Part shown: one piece after another, positions 27,551-37,553 of the stretch
Numbering within the stretch: the first letter of the stretch is position 1
How the letters are laid out: every line of letters starts with the position of its first letter
Origin: Bacilli bacterium
GTDB lineage: Bacteria; Bacillota_I; Bacilli_A; RFN20; CAG-826
Length of the DNA: 64,000 bases
Direction: 5' to 3'
Assembly (NCBI GenBank): GCA_041653015.1
Contig: JBAZGG010000005.1
Location: 1,958 to 65,957 of the forward strand
The notes under the pieces: generated by a model
Told to the model about the DNA's origin: nothing
The model's database searches: none
The model's input: only the letters and a program-made list of their open reading frames with translations
Made by a program: the position numbers and the translations under genes

Positions 27551-28219
27551 ATGAATCACAAAGAAATTGCGAAAGCCGCTCAGAATCGCTATCGAATTCT
27601 TTCGAAAATTTTTGAAAAGCATTATCGGAAACGAGAATTTAGCAGACTTAAGAACCGCGATTTTTCTATTATTTGTTCAAATTGTGTCGCTGGCTTATTT
27701 TATCATTCGTATAATCTGCCTTTTTTAACCCCAACGATCAATGTCGATTTTAACGGAGAAGGTTTTTTACTATTCGCTTGCCATTTAAAAGAGTATCTGG
27801 ATATGGAATTATTAGATAATGGTCGAGACGTCAACGGTTACATCGTTGCCAAGTTAGGAGAGTACACGCTGACATTTCCTCACAATTCGACTTTTGAAGA
27901 AGCAAAAGATGAATGGAATCGTCGCAAGAATCGCATTAATCATGATAATATCGTCATTATGTGGAACGCTAAGGATAAACACGTGAGCAAAGAGTTAATC
28001 GCTCTTTTTGATCAGATAGGGTATCGCAAATTCTTTTTCACGATTGATGAAGACTTAAAAAATCACCCTCAAGCGATATTTTTAAAGGAATATTCTGATT
28101 TGGAGTCCTTACCACTGCTCACTTATCGCATCAATAATCGAGGGGAACGACTGTACGAGAAACATTTTGACTGGATTGGCTTTTTAAATGGCGCTTCTTT
28201 TGAAGAGTCTAAAAAATAA
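27551..28219 (+). CDS. DUF1919 family protein (usually polysaccharide-locus associated)
   Basis: FSIICSNCVAG..YH.YNLPFLTPTIN, FPH, WNRRKNRIN. Confidence 0.8.
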   Translation: MNHKEIAKAAQNRYRILSKIFEKHYRKREFSRLKNRDFSIICSNCVAGLFYHSYNLPFLTPTINVDFNGEGFLLFACHLKEYLDMELLDNGRDVNGYIVAKLGEYTLTFPHNSTFEEAKDEWNRRKNRINHDNIVIMWNAKDKHVSKELIALFDQIGYRKFFFTIDEDLKNHPQAIFLKEYSDLESLPLLTYRINNRGERLYEKHFDWIGFLNGASFEESKK

Positions 28220-28221
28220 AA

Positions 28222-29328
28222 TTAATAATTCAGATTTTTGGCTATGTTTTTAAGAGATTCATCGCTCAAAAGATTTTTTAAATCATTCGCATCTTTGATA
28301 GAGTAATCTTTCAAATAAAAATATAACTTGTTGATAATAATGTCATTTTCATTTTTAGCTTTCAGATAGTCGTTTTCTTTAAACCCATTAATCTGTTCTT
28401 CAAAGACGCTGAGAACTTGGCGTCTAAACATCGATAACAACGATGTTTCAATCCAATACAGAAATTTTGTTGTATTCTTTCCTTGCTCATATTTCTTTAA
28501 CTTCAAATACATCGCAATTCCATCTCCGACATTATGCCAAATATCTGCAAACACGTAATCATATTCACCATCTTTAATCTTGGCAGCCCATTCAAATGCA
28601 TCCTCATTGATGATGCTGATTTTATTTCGATAAGTGAATTTATTAAAAATTTGTTTTTTAAACAATGCGATGATGTCAGAATCATTTTCAATAATTGTTA
28701 TCGCGTCAACATCATTTTTTATTGATGCCATATAGGCGAAATATCCTAACCCAAGTCCATAGATTAGAACGTTGCCCCTTACTTTTTCAAGAGCCATTTT
28801 CATGGTATTAATCTCATGAGGAATAACGCTCATCCATATTGTGTCATCTTCTAGTAGGGCGGGATAGGACACTTGACTAGGATAAAAACCAAGCGGTGTT
28901 TTTTCAATATAATAGTCCTCGCTATCAACGACTATTTCGTCATAGACAAAACCCTCATATGGCAAATATGAGAGATTTGTTAATCGGCGATTCTTCATCT
29001 CGGCATTGGATAATCGTATATTTCGATAATATGGATTTGATTGGAAATCTTTTTTATATAATTCTTTAATATCAGAAATTTTATTCCAATCTTTCATCTT
29101 CGAAAAAGATAAGTCATTTTCATCAATGCTCATTTCATCGACAAAAGATTGATAAAATGCTGATTCAATGCTTCGATCAAAATATCTCTCGATGGAATCG
29201 GTAGATATAGCATCTCGACGATGAGTCAAATACTCAATATAGAGTTCAGCTGCTGACATATTGCTCTCTTTAGCTTCAAGATACTTTTTTGCGATATTGA
29301 ACGATTTTTCATCAAGTGAAATTTTCAT
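28222..29328 (-). CDS. Hypothetical protein with SAM-binding (spermidine-synthase-like) domain
   Basis: VLIYGLGLGY, IIEND, EDAF, YVFADIW; start set at ATG 29328. Confidence 0.6.
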   Translation of the reverse strand: MKISLDEKSFNIAKKYLEAKESNMSAAELYIEYLTHRRDAISTDSIERYFDRSIESAFYQSFVDEMSIDENDLSFSKMKDWNKISDIKELYKKDFQSNPYYRNIRLSNAEMKNRRLTNLSYLPYEGFVYDEIVVDSEDYYIEKTPLGFYPSQVSYPALLEDDTIWMSVIPHEINTMKMALEKVRGNVLIYGLGLGYFAYMASIKNDVDAITIIENDSDIIALFKKQIFNKFTYRNKISIINEDAFEWAAKIKDGEYDYVFADIWHNVGDGIAMYLKLKKYEQGKNTTKFLYWIETSLLSMFRRQVLSVFEEQINGFKENDYLKAKNENDIIINKLYFYLKDYSIKDANDLKNLLSDESLKNIAKNLNY

Positions 29329-29427
29329 CGTTAACATTATATCAAATTAATAAAACATGATTTAAATATAAATATTGTCTTTCGCTTACAAAATAAAGAA
29401 ATTTCGAGTATAATAATAAAACAATCT

Positions 29428-29958
29428 ATGAAAAGCATGCCAAAGCAAGAATCTACAAAGTTCAAAGTTGGAGACTACGTCGTTCATAAAAATGAAGGCG
29501 TTTGCGTCATCACATCTGTTGAGAATAAGGATTTTGGCGCAGGCATACACGAATACTATCTCATGCATCCATTTTTTAAAAATGTTCGAACATCATCAAC
29601 AATTATGATCCCTGTTGAGAATTGCACTCAAATTCGTAAACACATTTCAAGAGCTGATGCTGAGAAGTTAATTCGTGAATTGTCCAAAACAGAAGATGTG
29701 TGGATTAGCGAAAGTAAAAAACGCAAAGAAAATTTCGCGAAAATAATTAATACTGGTGACTTGCATAGTCTATGTGGATTAATCAGGACGATTCATTTCA
29801 AAAAGAATGAATACGCCGATCTTAAGAAATCTATACCGCTAACCGATTCCGCTACCGCTGCGCTCGCTGAACGTCTCGCTTTTGAAGAATTAGCTATCGC
29901 CTTGGGTATCAAGCCTGAAAATGTTGGCGACTATATTTCCTCAAAACTTGGTGAATAA
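29428..29958 (+). CDS. CarD family regulator
   Basis: FKVGDYVVHKNEGVCVI, IMIPV, FEELAIALG. Confidence 0.85.
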   Translation: MKSMPKQESTKFKVGDYVVHKNEGVCVITSVENKDFGAGIHEYYLMHPFFKNVRTSSTIMIPVENCTQIRKHISRADAEKLIRELSKTEDVWISESKKRKENFAKIINTGDLHSLCGLIRTIHFKKNEYADLKKSIPLTDSATAALAERLAFEELAIALGIKPENVGDYISSKLGE

Positions 29959-29966
29959 TACTATAA

Positions 29967-30713
29967 ATGGCGAATTATTTCGAAAAAGAATATACCGTAT
30001 CACAGAATCATTTAAATGAGTACGATGATTTTTCTGTTTGTGGAATCTTAGATTTTTTTCAAGACATAGCCGGAAGGCACGCTCGTGAACTCAGTCTCGG
30101 ATTTCATGACATAAATGCTAAAGGTGTTAATTGGATTTTAGCTCGAACTCGTTTCGAAATAGTTTCGAAATGGAGATATTTAAGCGATATTCACATGAAA
30201 ACGTGGCCTCATAGACCGGATCGATTCGATATTGAAAGAGATTATCAGATGATATCCGAAAATGGCGATATTTTGGTCAAAGCATCGTCGATCTGGGTTT
30301 TGATTGACAACAAGAAAAAAACTTTAGCGCCAACATCTTTAATATTTGACAGTTCTTGCTCGTATTTTGAAGAATTTAACTTCCCAAACAAGCTGAAGTC
30401 GTTAAAATTTGAAGAGAATATTTTGAAGGATAAATACACATTCGTAGTTTCAAAGAGCATGCTCGATCATAATCATCACATGAACAATTCGCGATATGGT
30501 GAAGTTTTTGAAAACGCAATCAATCTCGATTCTTTTGAAAAGATCATCTATTTTGAAATCAACTATGTGAAAGAATCAAAACTGAACGAAATCGTTGACT
30601 TTAAATATTTTCGAAATGATGAAGAAGTCATTGGCGCATTTTATTGCTGCGGTGAGTTGCGCGCAAAAGTGAAAGCAACTCTTAAATATTGTGGTTCTGG
30701 ATGTGCTTTATGA
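29967..30713 (+). CDS. Acyl-ACP thioesterase (hotdog fold)
   Basis: DFFQDIAGRH, WILAR, LDHNHHMNNSRY. Confidence 0.85.
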   Translation: MANYFEKEYTVSQNHLNEYDDFSVCGILDFFQDIAGRHARELSLGFHDINAKGVNWILARTRFEIVSKWRYLSDIHMKTWPHRPDRFDIERDYQMISENGDILVKASSIWVLIDNKKKTLAPTSLIFDSSCSYFEEFNFPNKLKSLKFEENILKDKYTFVVSKSMLDHNHHMNNSRYGEVFENAINLDSFEKIIYFEINYVKESKLNEIVDFKYFRNDEEVIGAFYCCGELRAKVKATLKYCGSGCAL

Positions 30714-31129
30714 AAAAAGATAGACTTTTACAAACGTTTGTCTTCATCATCAGCATCTTGCTATTTTTGTGGGCCCTATACTGCGGGTTTTATTATATTA
30801 TTCAGTACATTGAGCACTCTATTTCTTTGTCGTCTTTTGCTGAAGTGATGGATACAATTGTTGACTGGATAATAATTGCTGCAGAGATAGTCGCTTCCAT
30901 TATTGGAATCATTCAGTATTTTAAAATCGCCGATAGTTTAATAGACGAAATAGTCACTATGAGCATCATACTCATCATCTCTTTTTGCATTTCTCTCGTG
31001 CTATCAATTGTTTCGGGCGAATTTAATAGTGGTCGCTCGATCAGCGAAATTGTCGAAAGTATCATGGGCTTTTCCCTTCAAGCGTCATATTTTGCCAGCA
31101 GTTTATTGTTAAACCGATTTGTTCAATAG
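30710..31129 (+). CDS. Hypothetical membrane protein
   Basis: Four TM segments; ATGA overlap at 30710. Confidence 0.6.
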   Translation: MKKDRLLQTFVFIISILLFLWALYCGFYYIIQYIEHSISLSSFAEVMDTIVDWIIIAAEIVASIIGIIQYFKIADSLIDEIVTMSIILIISFCISLVLSIVSGEFNSGRSISEIVESIMGFSLQASYFASSLLLNRFVQ

Positions 31130-31207
31130 AAGAGTTTTTTAAACTCTCTTGATATCAAATCGTTTTGTCGATATACTTGATTTCACAACCATTGCTGGAG
31201 GCGTATT

Positions 31208-31636
31208 ATGAAATTTTTTGGAAAAATTTTGATGCTCATTACAGGCATTATTCTGCTTTGTTGGGGTATTGCTGATGTAACGATTGCTATTATACATCTA
31301 GCTTCTTTCGATTGGGTAAATGTCTCAAGCGATATTATAGGTTTGGTCTCGCTCATCCTTTCAGTTGTTGCTACAGCCTTTTTTATCGTCGCTGGTGTTA
31401 CAGCGATTTTTTCCTTTTTTATCGCTACTCCAACGAGAATTCGGAAATTGAATGTCTACGCTAATCTTTTATTCGTTGTCTCTTTGGTGATATTCGTTAT
31501 TAACTGTGTTTTTCTTGTCATTGATATCGTCGCTAACAAAATCTCAGTGTTCGCCATCTGCGAATTATCTTTGAACTTGATTTTGCCTATCGTTTTCTTG
31601 GTTGGAGCGCGTTCGCTTAGAAAATCAATTCGTTGA
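31208..31636 (+). CDS. Hypothetical membrane protein
   Basis: Four TM segments; GGAGG RBS. Confidence 0.65.
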   Translation: MKFFGKILMLITGIILLCWGIADVTIAIIHLASFDWVNVSSDIIGLVSLILSVVATAFFIVAGVTAIFSFFIATPTRIRKLNVYANLLFVVSLVIFVINCVFLVIDIVANKISVFAICELSLNLILPIVFLVGARSLRKSIR

Positions 31637-31737
31637 GTTGATTTGACAACATTTAACTCGATACATATCTACGCGCATGTTTGATTTAATATGTGAAAGT
31701 TTCTTTATAAGAAGATATCGTGATATATTTATAACAA

Positions 31738-32622
31738 ATGAATAAAGATGCTCTTTCAATAAAATCCAATAAGTCGATTTCAGCAAAATTACCACGCATC
31801 TGGGAAATTGATTTTTTGCGCGGTTTTTTAATTCTGTTGATGGTGATCGATCATTTTATCTACGATTGGGCATACGTCGTCCCTAATTTTTTTGGATTTC
31901 TTGGAGTCCGACCATCTTGGGTCTTATCTTTATGCCATGATGCGCAAATCTATTGGAATGACCCATACAGAATCGCGGCTCGATATGCGATTTTATGCCT
32001 GTTTTTTTTGATAAGTGGCATCAGCTGTTTTTTCTCCAAAAACAACCTGAAACGTGGATTGATTGTTCTTGGTGTCGGGAGCCTTATTGCCATCTTATCA
32101 TTTATTTTTTCTCTTGTTGATCAAGATCCAACGGATATCATGTTTTTTGGTGCTATTTCTTGTTTCGGCTTTTCGATATTGGGATATTTTTTCTTTTCCT
32201 GGCTCATTAAAAAGATTTTCCGCGATGACCGCTATTGGAAATGGTTTGCCCTCGGACTAGGACTCGCTATTGTTTTTATTGGATTTTGTATCGGTGGAAT
32301 CGGGTATTGTCCTGATGTGGCGAACCTCTCGTGGGATAATTGGTATTTAATCATTCTCGGAGTTAGAAAATATGGAGCGGATTGTCTAGGCCTTTTTCCT
32401 ATGATGGGTTTTATGTTCTTGGGTGGTTTTTTAGGTGAATTGCTATATTCTCAGAAAATGCGTGAGAGACGAGTTAGATTCGATAAGAGAGCGAATGCAA
32501 TTACCTTTCCCATCAGTTTCATCGGGCGACACTCTATGTGGGTTTATTTGCTGCATCAAATTATTCTAATCGCCATTATCGGTGCCATTTTGCTCAGCAA
32601 TGGCTTCTATCTACGCTTTTAA
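31738..32622 (+). CDS. DUF1624 / HGSNAT-catalytic-like membrane acyltransferase family
   Basis: RIWEIDFLRGFLILLMVIDH, FFLISGIS, IGRHSMWVYLLHQ. Confidence 0.8.
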   Translation: MNKDALSIKSNKSISAKLPRIWEIDFLRGFLILLMVIDHFIYDWAYVVPNFFGFLGVRPSWVLSLCHDAQIYWNDPYRIAARYAILCLFFLISGISCFFSKNNLKRGLIVLGVGSLIAILSFIFSLVDQDPTDIMFFGAISCFGFSILGYFFFSWLIKKIFRDDRYWKWFALGLGLAIVFIGFCIGGIGYCPDVANLSWDNWYLIILGVRKYGADCLGLFPMMGFMFLGGFLGELLYSQKMRERRVRFDKRANAITFPISFIGRHSMWVYLLHQIILIAIIGAILLSNGFYLRF

Positions 32623-34250
32623 TGAGGCAGATCTTTATGGAAATGATGAATAAACACCAGACGATGTACCAAGCGGTTGAAGAATCTTCATCCAAATTTT
32701 CGAACAATGATGCTTTGTGGTATTTGAATAAAACATATAGCTATGCTCATCTGATAAACAAAATTCATTCCTGTGCAAACAAACTGGTTGAGCTGGGTTA
32801 TAAAAAAGATGATGTGATCACTATTTGCCTGCCAAATATTCCAATCGCTATCTATCTTTTTTACGCGATTAATCAAATCGGTGCGATTGCCAATCTTGTG
32901 CATCCTTTGATGAAAAGTGCCCAGCTCTTGGGAATAATGAAAAAAACGAATAGTAAATTGTTATTCTGCCTCGATACTTCATATGATGAATTTGCTTCTT
33001 TCGAACACGATGACATAACTGTCATCCCATGCTCTCCAGTCCTCGAATCATCACTTGTCTTCAAACTTGGATATCGGATTCAAAATCGCAAAAAATTGAA
33101 TAGATACGGTCTGATTGAACATTCATCAAAAGATAAAGATTTTTTGCGTTCAAAACCACTTCTTACAAGCGAGCGAGATTATTTGAAAGATTCTGTTTAT
33201 TTGCACAGCGGAGGAACGACTGGCGAGCCTAAAACAATCGCTTTGTCGTCTTTTGCAATTAACGCCTTAGCCGCACAAGGCGCCGATATTATGGGCATTG
33301 TTGATGCAACGATTCACCATATGCTGGCTGTCTTGCCAATGTTTCATGGTTTTGGTCTATGCATGGGAATTCATGCCTTAATATGCCATGGAGGGTGCGA
33401 CATGTTAATGCCCAAATTCGATGTTGAGCAAACGATTGAGCACATCGAGAAGAATCGCTTAAGTTTTCTCATCGGAATCCCAGTTCTCTATGAATCTCTA
33501 TTGCAGAATCCTCATTTTTGTGGCAACAAATTGAAGCATTTACATATCGCTTTCGTCGGTGGAGATTTCGTTTCCAAATCATTGCTTGATAGATTTAATA
33601 ATCGCATGATAGAAGCGGGCTCAAAGTGCCGTTTATACGAGGGATATGGGCTCACTGAAACGGTCACTGTATCTCACGTCAATATTGAAGCGATGCACAG
33701 AGAGAAAAGCGTCGGTAAAGCTTTGAGCAACATCAAAACAAAAATCATTGATTTAGAGACTGGCATAGATCTTCCACGAAATCGAGAAGGAGAGATATGC
33801 ATTTCTGGCGAAACGTTGATGAATGGTTATCGTTTTGAAAAAGAGATGAGCGATCCATTCATTGTCGATTCCGATGGTGTAAAGTGGATTAAAACTGGCG
33901 ATTTAGGAATGCTTGATGAAGACGATTATTTATACTTTAAGCAGAGATTGAAAAGATTGGTGAAAGTTAATGGCATCAACGTTTTTCCTAGCGAGATTGA
34001 AAATGCTGTGTGCTCATTAAAAGAAGTGTATGAATGCGCAGCGATAGGCGTTGCGGATTCGAAGCGCGGAAATATGATTAAATTATTCGTTGTTCTCGAC
34101 AAGCATCTCGAACTTATAAATATCGATGATAGAATAAATGGCATTATCAAAGATAAATGTGGAGTGTACGCTTTGCCTAAAGAAATTGTTTACATGGCAA
34201 AGCTGCCAAAGACATTGCTCGGTAAAATCGACGTTAAGAACTTGAATTGA
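32622..34250 (+). CDS. AMP-binding enzyme, long-chain fatty-acid--CoA ligase-like
   Basis: LHSGGTTGEPK, YEGYGLTE, TGDLG, RLKRLVKVNG, LPKTLLGK; TAATG coupling at 32622. Confidence 0.88.
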   Translation: MRQIFMEMMNKHQTMYQAVEESSSKFSNNDALWYLNKTYSYAHLINKIHSCANKLVELGYKKDDVITICLPNIPIAIYLFYAINQIGAIANLVHPLMKSAQLLGIMKKTNSKLLFCLDTSYDEFASFEHDDITVIPCSPVLESSLVFKLGYRIQNRKKLNRYGLIEHSSKDKDFLRSKPLLTSERDYLKDSVYLHSGGTTGEPKTIALSSFAINALAAQGADIMGIVDATIHHMLAVLPMFHGFGLCMGIHALICHGGCDMLMPKFDVEQTIEHIEKNRLSFLIGIPVLYESLLQNPHFCGNKLKHLHIAFVGGDFVSKSLLDRFNNRMIEAGSKCRLYEGYGLTETVTVSHVNIEAMHREKSVGKALSNIKTKIIDLETGIDLPRNREGEICISGETLMNGYRFEKEMSDPFIVDSDGVKWIKTGDLGMLDEDDYLYFKQRLKRLVKVNGINVFPSEIENAVCSLKEVYECAAIGVADSKRGNMIKLFVVLDKHLELINIDDRINGIIKDKCGVYALPKEIVYMAKLPKTLLGKIDVKNLN

Positions 34251-34262
34251 TAAAGGTGAATT

Positions 34263-34967
34263 ATGGGACATATTGAAATAAGAGATTTGACGAGAGTGTA
34301 TGGCGGTGGGAACACCGCACAAGTAGTGGCTATTGACCACATCAGCTTTGATATTTCCGCTGGTGAATTCATCGTTATTTTGGGTGCTTCAGGCGCTGGA
34401 AAATCGACGCTCCTCAATATTTTGGGCGGCATGGATATGGCTACGAGCGGCACATATGTTGTCGATGGAAAAAATATTGCTGATTTGAAGGATAAAGAAT
34501 TGGCCAAATTTCGTCGAAATGATATTGGATTCGTCTTTCAATTTTATAATTTGATGCCGAATTTAACCGCTTTAGAGAATATCCTTTTAGCCGCGAGTGT
34601 CGTCGATAATCCATTCGATGCTAAACAGATTCTTAAGAAAGTTGGTCTCGAAGGAAGGGAAGGATCTTTTCCTGCCCAGTTAAGCGGTGGTGAGCAGCAA
34701 AGAGTGGCCATCGCTCGCGCTGTTGTTAAAAACCCCAAACTACTTCTCTGCGATGAGCCGACTGGCGCTCTTGATTCAAAGACTGGTTCAACAATCCTAG
34801 CCTTATTGGCAAGCATTGCTAAAGATTACAATAAGACAGTTATTATCGTGACCCATAACTCGAAAATCGCCGAAATAGCAGAGAGGGTTATCCGCATCCA
34901 AGATGGGAAGATTATCGCTGATGTAAAAAATGTGAATCCATTGGATGTATCGAAAGTAAAATGGTAA
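34263..34967 (+). CDS. ABC transporter ATP-binding protein (LolD/MacB type)
   Basis: [24 protein letters not shown]. Confidence 0.92.
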   Translation: MGHIEIRDLTRVYGGGNTAQVVAIDHISFDISAGEFIVILGASGAGKSTLLNILGGMDMATSGTYVVDGKNIADLKDKELAKFRRNDIGFVFQFYNLMPNLTALENILLAASVVDNPFDAKQILKKVGLEGREGSFPAQLSGGEQQRVAIARAVVKNPKLLLCDEPTGALDSKTGSTILALLASIAKDYNKTVIIVTHNSKIAEIAERVIRIQDGKIIADVKNVNPLDVSKVKW

Positions 34968-37495
34968 ACAAAGTCACCACAAATAGACTTCTAAACCGCA
35001 AAATGTTTCGCGAATTAAAGAACGGTTGGAAACAGTTTTTTGCTATTATTTTTATCGCTGCATTAGCGGTCACTCTTTACACTGGGCTCTCCGCTAATTC
35101 GCTATCTTTAGAAAAGCGCGTCAATGAGCTCTATGAAGGTGGCAACATCGCTGATATATGGACGACTGTCACCTCCTATAATCGCTATGATGAGTATTGT
35201 ATCGATCGCATCGCTGGTGAAAATAGTAAAACCGAGAGAAGATTCACCGCTTCAGCTAAACTGAACGGATTGAATGCCACAGCCTTAATATATGAAACGT
35301 TTCCCACGATCAACAGACCATATTCATTGGAAAGCGATCAGAGCAACGATTTCTTCATTTTAGACAAGAGTTTACAAGATCGATCAATTTTTGAATTCGA
35401 TGCTCCGGTGGAAATCGGCGCTCGATCAACGATATCTTTGGCGACTAGTTCGTTTTTGACGGCGTTCGATATCAACAGCGAGGAGCTGGCGACAATCGAT
35501 CAATATGCGAAGGGCAATAATGATGAAGAAAAAAGAACAAATAATATTTTTCGTCAGGATTATATCAGCCTTAAATTCACTATTTCAGGATTGATGGTTT
35601 CACCTGAGAATGTTCAGCGAGGCACATTTAATTCATCGAGTTTTCTTCTCTCAACCGATTATTTTAAGTCGAATTTTCTCCTCTTGGCGAAAGATCATTT
35701 CACAGATGATGGATATAATCTTATCGAGTACTTTATTAATGAATATATGTTCGTCAATCAATATTGTACAAAATTGCCAAAGGGGGAAAATGTTTCAGAT
35801 GTTCGTTCTGAAATCGAAGAATATTTCAATCAATCGAAAACAAATACGCGGTTGATATACACAGTGGACATCGATAAATTGCCGTCTAATGCTATCATTC
35901 AATCAGATATCGTTCAAGCGAAGCAGTTGACCTATATTTTCCCGATGGTTTTCTTTCTCGTCGCAGTTCTCGTCATCTTGACAACTCTATCGCAGATCAT
36001 ATTGAAGGAGCGCACGCAAATCGGTACGATGAAAGCGCTCGGTTTATCAAAGGCACAAATATTTGTTCATTATGCTTTTTTAAGCATGTTTGTCTGCTCG
36101 ATCGGCATCGCTTTTGGATTGATAATCGGTCCTCTGCTTCTACCATCCATCATGGGAATAAAATATGGCATTCTCTATTCTCTTCCCGCCATGACTTATA
36201 CCTTCCCATTCTTTGATGTTTTAATCTGTGTCGCTGCCTTTTTAGGCGTCGCTTGTCTCGTGACTTTTTTAGTTGCGCGAAAAGAGACGAGATTGAATCC
36301 AGCGGAGTCGATGCGACCCCCTGCTCCAAAAGCTTATAAAGCCATAAAAATGGCTAAACTAGAAGGCATCTCCAGAAATCACATGTCCGTAAAGATGGCT
36401 TTTCGCAATATTCGCGCTTCTTTTGTAAAATCGATGATGGTTATTATCGGCATCGCTGGGTGCACAGCATTGCTCGTCTGTGGGCACGGCGTTGAAGACA
36501 CTCTCAATTATGGAATCGAGTTAGACATGAGCAAATTCTATTGCTCAGATCTGTATGTGACATACTCCGCTGGATCAGGATCATTAATCGATAAAATTAC
36601 TAACATACAATTTGATGATGATAGTGGAAATCAAGTCACAAATTCTGTTACAAAAGCAGAAGAATACACCGTTTTACCCATCGCTCTTAACAGCGGTGAA
36701 ACAATCATTAACACTTATGTTTATGGTTTAGAAGGCAACCATCAATTCTTTAAGAGAGAGTTTGATGAAACGACGATTGGCATGAGCAATAAAATAGCGT
36801 CTGAACTAGGTGTTAAAACGGGTGATGAAGTTTCATTTACAGCAGTCGGCAAGACTTACAGCGGCGTTATCGGTGCGACTTTTGATCAATTCTCTGTCCA
36901 TGGCATCTTTGTCTGCGTATCAGATGCGAAGTTCGCCAGCATCGGTCAAACAAAAACAAATTGTTGGGTTGATATTGACCAAAACAGTGCCAGTGACGAT
37001 AAAGTGGCTGGTGCCATCTCACAAATCGCTGGTGTTTCAAGCGCTGAAACTCGCACTGAGATGAGCACAAAAATTACGAGTATCATGTCGAGCGTGGCTT
37101 ACATGACCGGATCGATTAAAATATTTGCAATCTTTCTAGCGGTGGTGGTTTTATACAATTTGGCTCTTTTAAATTATCGAGAGCGTGTGCGCGATATCGC
37201 CACTTTGCGCGTCTTGGGTTTCTCAAAAGCTGAAATTGCGAGATCGCTAGTTCTCGAAATAATGTTTTTAACCGTCATAGGCATCGCCATCGGCATGGTT
37301 TTAGGCAAACCGATGGAGATACTCGTCCTCATCGTAAATCGAACGCCACTCGTCGATTTCTTGTATCAGACGAATCTGGTCTCTTACATCATCTCGTTCG
37401 CCATCACCTTTGGAACCGCTCTCGTCGTGAATATTGCGCTTTCAGCACTCACTGGCAAGGTGAAAATGGTGGAATCGCTTAAATCAGTTGAATAA
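34961..37495 (+). CDS. ABC transporter permease (FtsX/MacB type, duplicated)
   Basis: ERTQIGTMKALG and ERVRDIATLRVLG repeats with large extracytoplasmic loops. Confidence 0.88.
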   Translation: MVNKVTTNRLLNRKMFRELKNGWKQFFAIIFIAALAVTLYTGLSANSLSLEKRVNELYEGGNIADIWTTVTSYNRYDEYCIDRIAGENSKTERRFTASAKLNGLNATALIYETFPTINRPYSLESDQSNDFFILDKSLQDRSIFEFDAPVEIGARSTISLATSSFLTAFDINSEELATIDQYAKGNNDEEKRTNNIFRQDYISLKFTISGLMVSPENVQRGTFNSSSFLLSTDYFKSNFLLLAKDHFTDDGYNLIEYFINEYMFVNQYCTKLPKGENVSDVRSEIEEYFNQSKTNTRLIYTVDIDKLPSNAIIQSDIVQAKQLTYIFPMVFFLVAVLVILTTLSQIILKERTQIGTMKALGLSKAQIFVHYAFLSMFVCSIGIAFGLIIGPLLLPSIMGIKYGILYSLPAMTYTFPFFDVLICVAAFLGVACLVTFLVARKETRLNPAESMRPPAPKAYKAIKMAKLEGISRNHMSVKMAFRNIRASFVKSMMVIIGIAGCTALLVCGHGVEDTLNYGIELDMSKFYCSDLYVTYSAGSGSLIDKITNIQFDDDSGNQVTNSVTKAEEYTVLPIALNSGETIINTYVYGLEGNHQFFKREFDETTIGMSNKIASELGVKTGDEVSFTAVGKTYSGVIGATFDQFSVHGIFVCVSDAKFASIGQTKTNCWVDIDQNSASDDKVAGAISQIAGVSSAETRTEMSTKITSIMSSVAYMTGSIKIFAIFLAVVVLYNLALLNYRERVRDIATLRVLGFSKAEIARSLVLEIMFLTVIGIAIGMVLGKPMEILVLIVNRTPLVDFLYQTNLVSYIISFAITFGTALVVNIALSALTGKVKMVESLKSVE

Positions 37496-37553
37496 AAGCG
37501 ATGTTTTTTAATCTATCTTTTAAGATATAATAATAGCGAAAAGGAATTGAAAT

